A stretch of 64,000 nucleotides of DNA from a virus. Lineage: Duplodnaviria; Caudoviricetes. Shown piece after piece: positions 55,535 to 64,000 of this stretch. Within the stretch, counting starts at the first letter, position 1, and every line of letters starts with the position of its first letter. A program made the translations under genes and the position numbers. The stretch spans positions 1-64,000 of the IMG/VR virus record IMGVR_UViG_3300029288_000138. One strand, 5' to 3'. The notes under the pieces were generated by a model. It did no database searches. It saw only the letters and a list, made by a program, of their open reading frames with translations, and was not told the DNA's origin.

Positions 55535-55581
55535 AGGTCACAGAGTTTATTTTTTCCCTTCTTTTCTCTGTGACCTTTTTT
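55535..55581 (+). terminator. Intrinsic terminator
   Basis: AGGTCACAGAG/CTCTGTGACCT followed by a T tract. Confidence 0.8.
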
Positions 55582-55613
55582 ATTTTACCAAACTAAAATA
55601 TTTATATTTGTAT

Positions 55614-56126
55614 ATGATAAAATTCAAAAAAATAGTACTAGAACTATCGTTAAAAGATAGAGCAGAAGATATAGCTCAAATAGTTCATAGTGGTCAAAAT
55701 AGACGTTCGTCTGGTGCACCATACATAATTCATCCTGTTAGAGTTCAATTACTAGCAAAACGATTTGGATTGGGAAACGATGAACAATTGATTGCAATAT
55801 TACATGATACATATGAAGATAGTAATAACAAATCTTTGGTAATTGCAAATATTAACAATAAATTTGGTAATGAAATTGCTAAAAATGTTATTGCATTGTC
55901 ACACGAACGAGGTACAGATTATACTAATTATGTATATGAATTATCCAAAAAATACCCAAAAGCATTCAATGTTAAACTATTGGATATGTACGATAATTTA
56001 ATTGATAATCCGTCAAGTTCGCAAAAAATAAAATATTCTGAAACATTACTATTTTTAATAAATCATGGAGTAAGAATAAATAATGGTATAAAAAACGATT
56101 TAATGAAAATCATAGGGAGAAAATAA
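55614..56126 (+). CDS. HD-domain (p)ppGpp hydrolase-like protein (Mesh1/SpoT-HD)
   Basis: AQIVHSGQNRRSSGAPYIIHP, ILHDTYED, VKLLDMYDN motifs. Confidence 0.85.
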   Translation: MIKFKKIVLELSLKDRAEDIAQIVHSGQNRRSSGAPYIIHPVRVQLLAKRFGLGNDEQLIAILHDTYEDSNNKSLVIANINNKFGNEIAKNVIALSHERGTDYTNYVYELSKKYPKAFNVKLLDMYDNLIDNPSSSQKIKYSETLLFLINHGVRINNGIKNDLMKIIGRK

Positions 56127-56127
56127 A

Positions 56128-56367
56128 ATGGTAAAATTAAAAGATTTAACAGAAGAACAAAAAATTAGAAAAGTTATAAGAAATATGATAAAAGAAGTAA
56201 TTGATTTTGATCCTACTGGCTCTTGAAAAAAATTAGATGATTCTGGTGAAGAAATTAAAAGTATAAATAAACCAGAAGAACTAGCGGAATTGCAAGCAGA
56301 TGAAGATGCTAAGAATAAAGTATCAAAAGTAAAAGTAGAAAAGTCTGAAACAGAAAAGAAAGTATAA
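56128..56367 (+). CDS. Small hypothetical protein (one TGA)
   Basis: MVKLKDL...; TAATG-coupled to the next gene. Confidence 0.55.
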
Positions 56368-56945
56368 TGCGAAAAATAGTTATATATCCTGGTAGATTTC
56401 AACCGCCTCATATCGGACACTTAAAAACTTATAATCTACTATGTAAACATTTTGGGAAAGATAATGTTTATATCTGTACTGCGAACAAGATTAAATATCC
56501 AGAAAGCATATTTGATTTTGAAACTAGAAAATACTTACTAACTAGAATTCTAAAAATATCTCAATCAAACATAATACAAGTAAGTAGTCCATATACACCA
56601 GAGCAATTTTTTAAAGGTTCGGGTATAACACCAGATGAAGTAATACTATTTGCTGCTTTAGGTAATAAGGATAAAGATAGAATCAAATTGAATGTTACAT
56701 TAAAAAATGGAAATCTAGGTTATTATATTAGTCCACCGAAAGGCAAAGAAGTCTATTACAATGCGAATAAGCACGGTTATATTCTATTCTATAAAGATAT
56801 TATGAGTGCTGTTAATCTAAGAAAAGCATTATTAGATATGAATATTGGTAATGATGTAAAAGTTAAATTATGGAATGAAATGACTGGTTTAGATGAAAAA
56901 GAATTAAATTTTGTTATGCAAAAAGTTAATGAAACTTTAAAATAA
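56367..56945 (+). CDS. HxGH cytidylyltransferase-like protein
   Basis: YPGRFQPPHIGH, MSAVNLR motifs. Confidence 0.7.
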   Translation: MRKIVIYPGRFQPPHIGHLKTYNLLCKHFGKDNVYICTANKIKYPESIFDFETRKYLLTRILKISQSNIIQVSSPYTPEQFFKGSGITPDEVILFAALGNKDKDRIKLNVTLKNGNLGYYISPPKGKEVYYNANKHGYILFYKDIMSAVNLRKALLDMNIGNDVKVKLWNEMTGLDEKELNFVMQKVNETLK

Positions 56946-57013
56946 TTCTTGTTTTCTATTCATTTTTATATTAAATTATAGAGTTATTTAAAAGTAAAGA
57001 TAGGTTTTATAAT

Positions 57014-57214
57014 ATGCCCAATACTATAGAAACTTATACTAACATGATAATTGATTTGATTCCTTTTGCAGAAACAAAAGAATCTAGGGATTCATTAAAT
57101 CAATTAATTGAAATATTTAAAAATAAATTTAAAAAAGAACCGAATTTAATTAAATATACCTTTGAAATATCTAAAGCAATATATAAATTTAAATCTAATT
57201 TTTATGAATTTTAA
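57014..57214 (+). CDS. Hypothetical protein
   Basis: After the early promoter at 56949. Confidence 0.5.
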   Translation: MPNTIETYTNMIIDLIPFAETKESRDSLNQLIEIFKNKFKKEPNLIKYTFEISKAIYKFKSNFYEF

Positions 57215-57237
57215 AACAAAATAAAGGCTAAAACAAA

Positions 57238-58326
57238 ATGGGCGGAGCATACGGTCATATAAATCATCCTTACGAAAATTTAGATTTAACTTTCGGTGAT
57301 CTAAAAAAGATCATACAGAAAGCATTATGCGCAAAGTTAAAAAATGCTAAAGAAAAAATGGATGGCATAAATTGTTTTGTTAGTTTTATAGATAATAAAA
57401 TTGTGTATTCTAGAAACAAAGGCAATCTAATAAACAATGGCATTTCTAGTACAGAATTAATTGAACTGTTTGATAAAAATAAAATAGAAAAATTAACCAG
57501 AAGTATTAAATTATTTACAGATGAAATAGAGTTAATATTTAAGAATACACCTAAGATTTGTAATATCTTTTGCAATGGTAAATATTGGTTAAACGTTGAA
57601 ATTTTAAATACTAATAATATTAATGTAATAGACTATGAAAACAATTATATAGTAATTCATGATATATTAAAAGTAGAAAACGGGAAATTAATATGTACTA
57701 ATAATAATAAAAAGCGTCAATGTATGAAATCTATCAAATCATATCAACCTATATATGAATATTATAAACCAATTGATATTGATAGAAAAATAAAATTGAA
57801 TAAAATTACTGATAATAGTTTTTTATTGAGATTAAATAATGAAATGCAGAATTACGATTTAACTAACAAGAATACAATAAAAGACTATTGGGATAGAAAA
57901 GTAGACTGGTATGTAAATAGATATAAAGTAACACCAGATACTATATTTTTGGATATGAGTAAATCGGAAATAAAAAAGTTTATTCTATATCCTCTATACA
58001 AATTGTTTATTGACTTGGGCGATATAGTAATTAGTAATGCAACTAATTATTTGTCAACTGATAGTAAGCACGACTTTACTGGTAGGATTGTTAATAAAAT
58101 AGATAAACTTAACCCAGAAATCAATCCAGATCTATTATCTGAAAAATTAAAAGAAAAATTTAATACATATAAACATGAATTAATTAGTAGTAATATATTT
58201 AATAATAATCCCAATTTTAATCCAATAGAAGGGATTGTATTTGAATATAAAAATAAAAAGTATAAATTAACTGGTTTATTTTCAATAATAAATCAAATTT
58301 TAGGAATTAATCGATATGCCAGATAA
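57238..58326 (+). CDS. Conserved large-phage protein with ligase-like KxDG and EG motifs
   Basis: MGGAYGHINHPY, EKMDG, IEGIVF...KLTG. Confidence 0.55.
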   Translation: MGGAYGHINHPYENLDLTFGDLKKIIQKALCAKLKNAKEKMDGINCFVSFIDNKIVYSRNKGNLINNGISSTELIELFDKNKIEKLTRSIKLFTDEIELIFKNTPKICNIFCNGKYWLNVEILNTNNINVIDYENNYIVIHDILKVENGKLICTNNNKKRQCMKSIKSYQPIYEYYKPIDIDRKIKLNKITDNSFLLRLNNEMQNYDLTNKNTIKDYWDRKVDWYVNRYKVTPDTIFLDMSKSEIKKFILYPLYKLFIDLGDIVISNATNYLSTDSKHDFTGRIVNKIDKLNPEINPDLLSEKLKEKFNTYKHELISSNIFNNNPNFNPIEGIVFEYKNKKYKLTGLFSIINQILGINRYAR

Positions 58327-58636
58327 AATAAAATTACGAAATATTATCAAAGAAGAATATGGTTCTATCTATCAATTAGATAACCCATATGATCCAGAGG
58401 TATTAATTCGAGGCTTTGGTCGGATGAGATGGAGTCAATTAAAAAAGCATATAGAAAATAAAATTGAGGATGAAATTATAACTATGGCCAAAAGAGGTGA
58501 TTATTCGGCGCTATCATCATACTTGTTTGCTCCTCATAACTCATTCAAATTATTCGTAGATGCAGCTAATGATATAAATAAAGAATTAAATAGCCCTACT
58601 ATAAAACGGAAAATCACCCTATTGAAAGGAAAATAG
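58316..58636 (+). CDS. Hypothetical protein
   Basis: 106 aa. Confidence 0.55.
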   Translation: MPDKIKLRNIIKEEYGSIYQLDNPYDPEVLIRGFGRMRWSQLKKHIENKIEDEIITMAKRGDYSALSSYLFAPHNSFKLFVDAANDINKELNSPTIKRKITLLKGK

Positions 58637-58638
58637 TA

Positions 58639-58848
58639 ATGGCAATAAAATTAAAAAAACTATTAGAAGAAGATATTAATATTCCAGTAAATATTGGTGA
58701 TACAATACTAGTTGGTAAATTTAGAAATAAACCAATTGTTATTAAAACCATTGAATATGATGAACAAGGGTTACCAATAATCAATGGCAGAAAGGGCGTT
58801 TCATTTAAAATAAAAGAAAGAAAATTACCAATTAACATTTTTCAATAA
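58639..58848 (+). CDS. Conserved hypothetical protein
   Basis: IPVNIGDTILVGKFRNK...GLPIING. Confidence 0.6.
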   Translation: MAIKLKKLLEEDINIPVNIGDTILVGKFRNKPIVIKTIEYDEQGLPIINGRKGVSFKIKERKLPINIFQ

Positions 58849-58922
58849 AATTTTCTATTTTTCTCTTGTTTTTTAGATATTGATTCATTAAATTATATTG
58901 TTATTTAAATATAGAAATAGAT

Positions 58923-59061
58923 TTGATGGACAAAAAGAGTTCCTATAATACAACTTGCTAAGTAAATTTACTCTTCGTCCATCAATATTTATAATCTAAT
59001 TAGGCAAAAGAAGTTCCTATATTTTTTTACTGCAATAAAAGACACTACTTCTCGCCTAATT
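58923..59061 (+). ncRNA. Two tandem related RNA hairpin motifs in a 5' leader
   Basis: Units 58923-58985 and 58998-59061 share AAAAG(A)AGTTCCTATA and a compensatory outer stem. Confidence 0.6.
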
Positions 59062-59083
59062 TAATTTTTATGGGGGAAACAAA

Positions 59084-61108
59084 ATGTTATCATCAATTAA
59101 ACTTTTCAATTCAGTAATTATCAAAGAACATCAAAAAGAACTAAATCCATCAGATTTAAAATTTGCTAATATCTTTAAAGAAACTTATAAGTATGGATTT
59201 ATATTTAGTCCTGAAGTTGTATCTGAATATTCATTTAATGACTTAAAACAAATAACCGCTGAAATGATCAGTGTTGGTATATTCAAAAGTTCAGAACAAA
59301 TGAATAAAACATTTCAGACTTGGACTAAAATGAGAGATTCTGATATTGAAACTCTTGTTATTGAACAATTAATTCATTATATGACAACCTATGGGTTTGA
59401 AGAACTAGGAATTTATAGTGAAGACACTGTTTATTTTCCTACAAAAGATTTGGATATACCTGATATTGATGTTGAGAAATTTAATTTCACTGTTATTAAA
59501 GGTATCACTGAAATAGAACTAGCAAAAAGAACTCTAAAATTTGTTAATTCCGGAATTGCATTAAAGGAAGAAACAATAAAAGATGTTTTCGATGTTATTT
59601 CGACCCTGCATACTAACAGTATAATTTCAAACGAAGAGATTGAAACAGTTAAGAATAAAGAATTAAAAATAAAAGTGTATGAACACTTAAATATTGTTCC
59701 AAAGAATGCATCAGAATTTTTAAGAGTAATTATTAATAAAGCAACTGGAAATGCACTATTAATCAAATCTAAATCAGTTATTGAGCAATTAAAAAAATTA
59801 GGAAATGATGATGTATTTAAATATTTTAGTTTATATAAACTATTGTATAAAGATTTTAATGCATTATCAAAATCATTTTTTAGATTTAAACCATTGTTTT
59901 TAGCATTAAAAAGAACTATTTTTGATTATAAAACAAAAGAAATCAATAAAATCATTAATAAAATTAGAAAAGATGCTAATTTCTTACATACACCAATGTC
60001 AGTCGATTTTTTAAATTCTATTACAGAAAAACTCAAAAGCGGTGAAGAAATTAATGAACAAGAATTAATGAAAACCCTAGATCGTGTAAATGTATTTAGA
60101 AAAGTTAAATTACTAAACGCACTGGATTTTAGATCACAAGATGTTAAATCTATTCTATATAGAATAAGAAATAGCAAAGCTTTTGTTACAGATTTTGAAT
60201 CTAATTATCTAGAAAATAAAAGTGTTCAATTAGAATATAATAAAATTAAAAACATCATTCTATCTTCAATCGCAAAAACAGTTGAAAAAAACCTTAGTGG
60301 AAAAAAAGTATACATTCCTGATAACATTTTTTATGCGATTCCCAATTCTGAAAAGCAATTTGTAGGAAATTTTCCAAACGGAACTTATATTAAAATTGAA
60401 AAAGATGATTTGCTATTTGGGGTACATTGGTTTGACTTATCTTCTTCTAATAGTGACGATCGATTACGTAATCGATTGCAATCAGATTATAATAAAAGAA
60501 TTGATTTAGATTTATCAATGTTAACTATTGCAGGCGAGAAATTGGGTTGGGATGGTGGATATAGAACAAATGACAGAACAATTTTATTTTCCGGCGATAA
60601 TACTTCTGCTCCAAGACCTAACGGAGCCAGTGAAATGTTTTATATGAATAATATAAATAATGAAGAGTTTCTTGTATATTTAAATTATTTTAATACCAAT
60701 GCCAGTCTAGATAATAAAGTTCCATATACATTATTTATTGGTAAAGAAAAAGTCAACAAAGCCTTTGACAGACAGTATATGATTAATCCTAACAATATTA
60801 TATGTCAACTTCCGTGTCAAATAAGTTCTGGGCAAAAACAAACTATAATTGGATTTATATCAATCAATAAAAATGAATCTAGATTTTATATAACAAATTA
60901 TTCACTTGGAAATAATAAAACCGTTAGAAATAATAAGTATAGTAAAAAAGCAAATGAGTTTTTATCGGCATATTATAAATCTAATACATATCTAGATGAT
61001 GTATTAGCAATTGCTAAAATTAACATAGTTAATGATGCAAAAGATGCTGATATAGATTTATCAGTAAATAATATCAGTAAAGATACATTTTTATCAATTT
61101 TCATGTAA
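59084..61108 (+). CDS. Large hypothetical protein with TerD-like C-terminal domain
   Basis: FGVHW...IDLDLS...GWDG...FSGDNTSAP...GASE pattern. Confidence 0.6.
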   Translation: MLSSIKLFNSVIIKEHQKELNPSDLKFANIFKETYKYGFIFSPEVVSEYSFNDLKQITAEMISVGIFKSSEQMNKTFQTWTKMRDSDIETLVIEQLIHYMTTYGFEELGIYSEDTVYFPTKDLDIPDIDVEKFNFTVIKGITEIELAKRTLKFVNSGIALKEETIKDVFDVISTLHTNSIISNEEIETVKNKELKIKVYEHLNIVPKNASEFLRVIINKATGNALLIKSKSVIEQLKKLGNDDVFKYFSLYKLLYKDFNALSKSFFRFKPLFLALKRTIFDYKTKEINKIINKIRKDANFLHTPMSVDFLNSITEKLKSGEEINEQELMKTLDRVNVFRKVKLLNALDFRSQDVKSILYRIRNSKAFVTDFESNYLENKSVQLEYNKIKNIILSSIAKTVEKNLSGKKVYIPDNIFYAIPNSEKQFVGNFPNGTYIKIEKDDLLFGVHWFDLSSSNSDDRLRNRLQSDYNKRIDLDLSMLTIAGEKLGWDGGYRTNDRTILFSGDNTSAPRPNGASEMFYMNNINNEEFLVYLNYFNTNASLDNKVPYTLFIGKEKVNKAFDRQYMINPNNIICQLPCQISSGQKQTIIGFISINKNESRFYITNYSLGNNKTVRNNKYSKKANEFLSAYYKSNTYLDDVLAIAKINIVNDAKDADIDLSVNNISKDTFLSIFM

Positions 61109-61310
61109 AATTATTTTTAATTACTATATAGATTTCTCTTGTTTTCTATTCATTTTAATATTAAATTATAGAGTTATTTAAAATAAAGATTAAAAAATGA
61201 TAAAGCTTAAAGGCTACCTATCAATTACAATGCTATTCTAGACAAGGTATTGTAATATGGTGTTGCTTGAGCTCGGCAATAGAAAAGCCTGAAACCGAAG
61301 GGCTCACGTT

Positions 61311-61339
61311 TGGGGACTAGAAATAGTCCCCATTTTTTT
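61311..61339 (+). terminator. Intrinsic terminator
   Basis: TGGGGACTA/TAGTCCCCA followed by T7. Confidence 0.85.
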
Positions 61340-61426
61340 GATATTTTTTATTTTTTCTCTTGCTTTCTATAGAATTTAATATTAAATTATAGAGTTATTT
61401 AAAATTAAAGAAAGGAGAGTAAAAAA

Positions 61427-61522
61427 ATGCGGGCGCAAAATAGAAAAACCAATAACAAGTCAACGGCGGAAGCCGTTGACTCCGGTGCTGGGTTATACCG
61501 GACGAAAGGATGTGCAAAATGA
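61427..61522 (+). CDS. Short ORF ending at TGA
   Basis: AAGGAGAG RBS; ATGA overlap with the next gene. Confidence 0.45.
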   Translation: MRAQNRKTNNKSTAEAVDSGAGLYRTKGCAK

Positions 61523-61833
61523 GGGTGGACGCCGGAGTTAGCCATTTAAATGATTCTGACTATTTCCAAATGTCAGACAGGTGCTATATTATTGATAAAA
61601 TGATTCAGGAAATTCTAGAAACACACCCGGTATATTTTGGTGATGAAAGAATCAGAAAAGTAATCCAAAATTCCGCTGAAAACCTAAGAACAGGTTTTCA
61701 GCTAGCCGATGGGATTGGCTTTACGCTCCAAGAATCAAAAAAAAAACCCCCAACCAGACAACCGCTCAAGGCGTTAAATCAACGCAAGGGTTATGTCGTA
61801 TTTGCAACAAATTTCTATCTTGGTTTGGCCTGA
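61519..61833 (+). CDS. Hypothetical protein ending at TGA
   Basis: ATGA-coupled start; TGATG-coupled end. Confidence 0.5.
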   Translation: MRVDAGVSHLNDSDYFQMSDRCYIIDKMIQEILETHPVYFGDERIRKVIQNSAENLRTGFQLADGIGFTLQESKKKPPTRQPLKALNQRKGYVVFATNFYLGLA

Positions 61834-61967
61834 TGAAAATCAGCAGAGCAAGAAATATAGGAATAGAAATTCATCGGACGTATGTATTAGCAGTTCTTGA
61901 TGGAGTGAATAGAGATTTCGGCGCGCTGAATAAGCCCTCGGCTCTAGCGGCAAAGTTATTAGGGTAA
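61833..61967 (+). CDS. Short hypothetical protein (44 aa)
   Basis: ATG overlaps the TGA of the previous gene; TAA stop. Confidence 0.45.
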   Translation: MKISRARNIGIEIHRTYVLAVLDGVNRDFGALNKPSALAAKLLG

Positions 61968-62265
61968 CTTATCCGACGCGGATTAGGCGTTTCAAATGCG
62001 AGTGTGCTAAGTTTAGCAAAACCAAAAAATACTTTATGTTTGAAAATCCGGTTTTAGATGCAATCGCGAAAGACGAATTAATAACCAAATGAAATCTGTG
62101 GTAGAGTTCATAATACATGTGACGGGGAATGCCCTGTTTATAAATTGAATAGAAGTAACCACCTAAATAGCATGTTATACAGATGTAATTGCTATGGGGA
62201 TGGAAATGCAATGCTTAAATTTATTAGAAATTCTACAAATAAATAACTAAATCCCACATAATTAT

Positions 62266-62294
62266 AAAAAGAAGTGATATATCACTTCTTTTTT
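62266..62294. terminator. Bidirectional intrinsic terminator
   Basis: AAAAAGAAGTGAT-ATCACTTCTTTTT palindrome. Confidence 0.75.
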
Positions 62295-62433
62295 CATGTT
62301 TAAACAATCTAATTAGTTTTTCAAAAATTTTATAATTACAAATTCGATTAGAACAAGTCTGACTTGTATAAGATGGATCAACTAAAATAAGTTTTTCTTT
62401 ATTTTTTATCATTTTTTATATTTATATATAGAT

Positions 62434-62826
62434 ATGATTAAACTAAGCAACATATTAACAGAATCTTTGACAAAACAAATGATAGTAAATATCGCCAATG
62501 AATTATTTAAATATTACAATGCAAATCAACTAGAATTAAAATTTACTAATGATAAAACTTTGTTAGGAAACTTTGATTTTGATAATAATATAGTTTATGT
62601 TAACCCGAATTATAATAAAGAAGAAATTACTATTACTATATTGCATGAAATAAAGCACCTTTTACAAAAGAAATCAATAGGCAAGTCTAAATTTATTCAC
62701 AATTGTGAAATAGAATTGAGTAACGGTAAAGATCAAAAAAGTGTTTCATATGAAATAGAAGCAGAAAAATGAGCAAATTCTGAATATAACAAGATTTGAA
62801 AAAATAAACTTTTTGGAGAGAAATAA
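62434..62826 (+). CDS. HExxH metallopeptidase-like protein (130 aa, TGA=Trp)
   Basis: TILHEIKH, YEIEAEK-W-A; late motif upstream. Confidence 0.65.
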
Positions 62827-63585
62827 ATGTTGTTTTCTGGAAAAATATTAAAACAAGGCGATGCCGGTGTAGAAATAGAAGAGTTGCAAATACGACTGGC
62901 CGGGTTTGGTGGTACAATATGAAGTGGAAATTTTGGCCCAAATACAAAAAAACAAGTTATGCAATTTCAAAAAGATTATATTGGGGATGGTGTTCCTAGT
63001 GGTGTAGTTGATTTAAAAACTTTAAGGAATATTATTACATTTACAGAAGAATTTAATATTGATTTTAATAAATTAAAATGCCCGTGTGGAAAATGTAATG
63101 GGTTTGGTCTTGGAAAATATAAAAACGTGTATATTCCATCTAAGCCAAAAATAGAGGCATATTATATGTATGAATATCCTGGAATACATAAGGCTATTTT
63201 ATATGCTTATAAGGCATGTATGTTTTATGCTAAAAAATATGGGTTTCCATTACCAGTAATTAATTGTGGATATAGATGTAGTGCAAATAATATTCAAAAT
63301 AAAAGAAGCAGTACAAATCATTGTGGTAAAGCAATAGATATAGACTTACCAATGGTAAAGAAAACAGAAAAAGATAATCAAATAGATACGGATAGATGCA
63401 ATACTTTCAGAACTAAAATGATAGAATTTGGAAATTTCCAAATTGGTTGATCTAATAGTAATCAAAAATCATTAGAACCCGAAAATATTGCCCCAACTTG
63501 GATTCATATGGATATTAGAAATTATGAAAGTAAATATTTATTAGATAGATTCTTTGTTAAATCAAATGATGAATTAAATAAATAG
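62827..63585 (+). CDS. Endolysin: peptidoglycan-binding domain plus peptidase M15A-like domain (252 aa, TGA=Trp)
   Basis: LKQGDAG...GNFGPNT...QFQ (PG-binding); GYRC...STNHCGKAIDI...WIHMD; TGA at 62920 and 63448; ends TAG. Confidence 0.85.
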
Positions 63586-63593
63586 CAAAAAAT

Positions 63594-64000
63594 ATGTTCT
63601 CAAAAATACTTAAATGACTTATCAAAAATCCAATAGTACTAGTTATTATCGGAGTCATGGCCCTTTTAGTAATTGTCAATGCTAAAATAAATGCATTAAA
63701 CAATGATATTGAATATTGAAGAAACCAAGCCGCTTTAACAGATACTATTACAGTAATTGATTCCACTATCAATATTAAGCTGGCTCAAACTGTCAGAGAA
63801 ATAGAGTCTGAAAATAAAAAATTAAATAAATTACTCAAAGAAGAAAAAGATAAAATTAAAGCCCAAGTTGAAATCAATGCACTATTATTAGATAGCATCA
63901 ACAATTTAAACACATCAGCTGGTAGTATAGTAATAGTAAATAACGATAGTGTTAGAACTAGATTATTCAAATATAACGCCAACGCTTTTAAATTGAGTGG
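63594..64000 (+). CDS. Putative inner-membrane spanin-like protein (partial, TGA=Trp)
   Basis: N-terminal TM segment followed by a coiled coil, directly after the endolysin; two TGA; open at the window edge. Confidence 0.55.

Noticed and set aside
11261-61388. CRISPR array or mobile repeat family from the recurring TTGTTTTCTATTCATTTT...TAAATTATAG segment
   Set aside because: Copies are dispersed, intergenic and always upstream of genes with -35/-10 spacing; they are promoters, not repeat-spacer arrays.
164-63982. Minus-strand track ORFs
   Set aside because: All are shadows opposite + strand genes, with low-complexity Ile/Leu/Ser/Phe composition and no RBS or promoter support.

Overview
AT-rich 64-kb segment of a large tailed (myovirus-like) phage genome; essentially all genes are on the + strand. 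The main result is that TGA is recoded as Trp. Many 'short ORFs' in the track are in-frame pieces of long genes joined through TGA, and TGA alternates with TGG at the same position of an internal repeat (IGG-W-x-I). Recoded TGA is concentrated in virion, lysis and replication genes (baseplate module 243-11223, 14587-19717, primase and SbcDC 24783-28912, fibres 33213-41791, lysis 62434-64000). Accessory genes behind a repeated sigma70-type promoter (TTGTTT-17-TAAATT) use TGG almost exclusively, and one small cassette appears to use TGA as a true stop. The window holds 23 tRNA genes, 2 tRNA-like RNAs, several unannotated structured RNAs, three group I introns and an RNA-repair set (RtcB, RNA ligase, CCA enzyme, SPOUT methylase). 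The most striking object is at 50635-50937: a tRNA-Trp-like gene whose UCA (UGA-reading) anticodon forms only after a trnL-type group I intron is spliced out, and which carries a second complete anticodon arm with a CCA loop. A separate tRNA-Trp(CCA) has a 4-bp anticodon stem and U11-A24, both linked to UGA readthrough elsewhere. Inference: a splicing- and promoter-gated switch of genetic code controls late gene expression. All calls were made by eye, without database searches.
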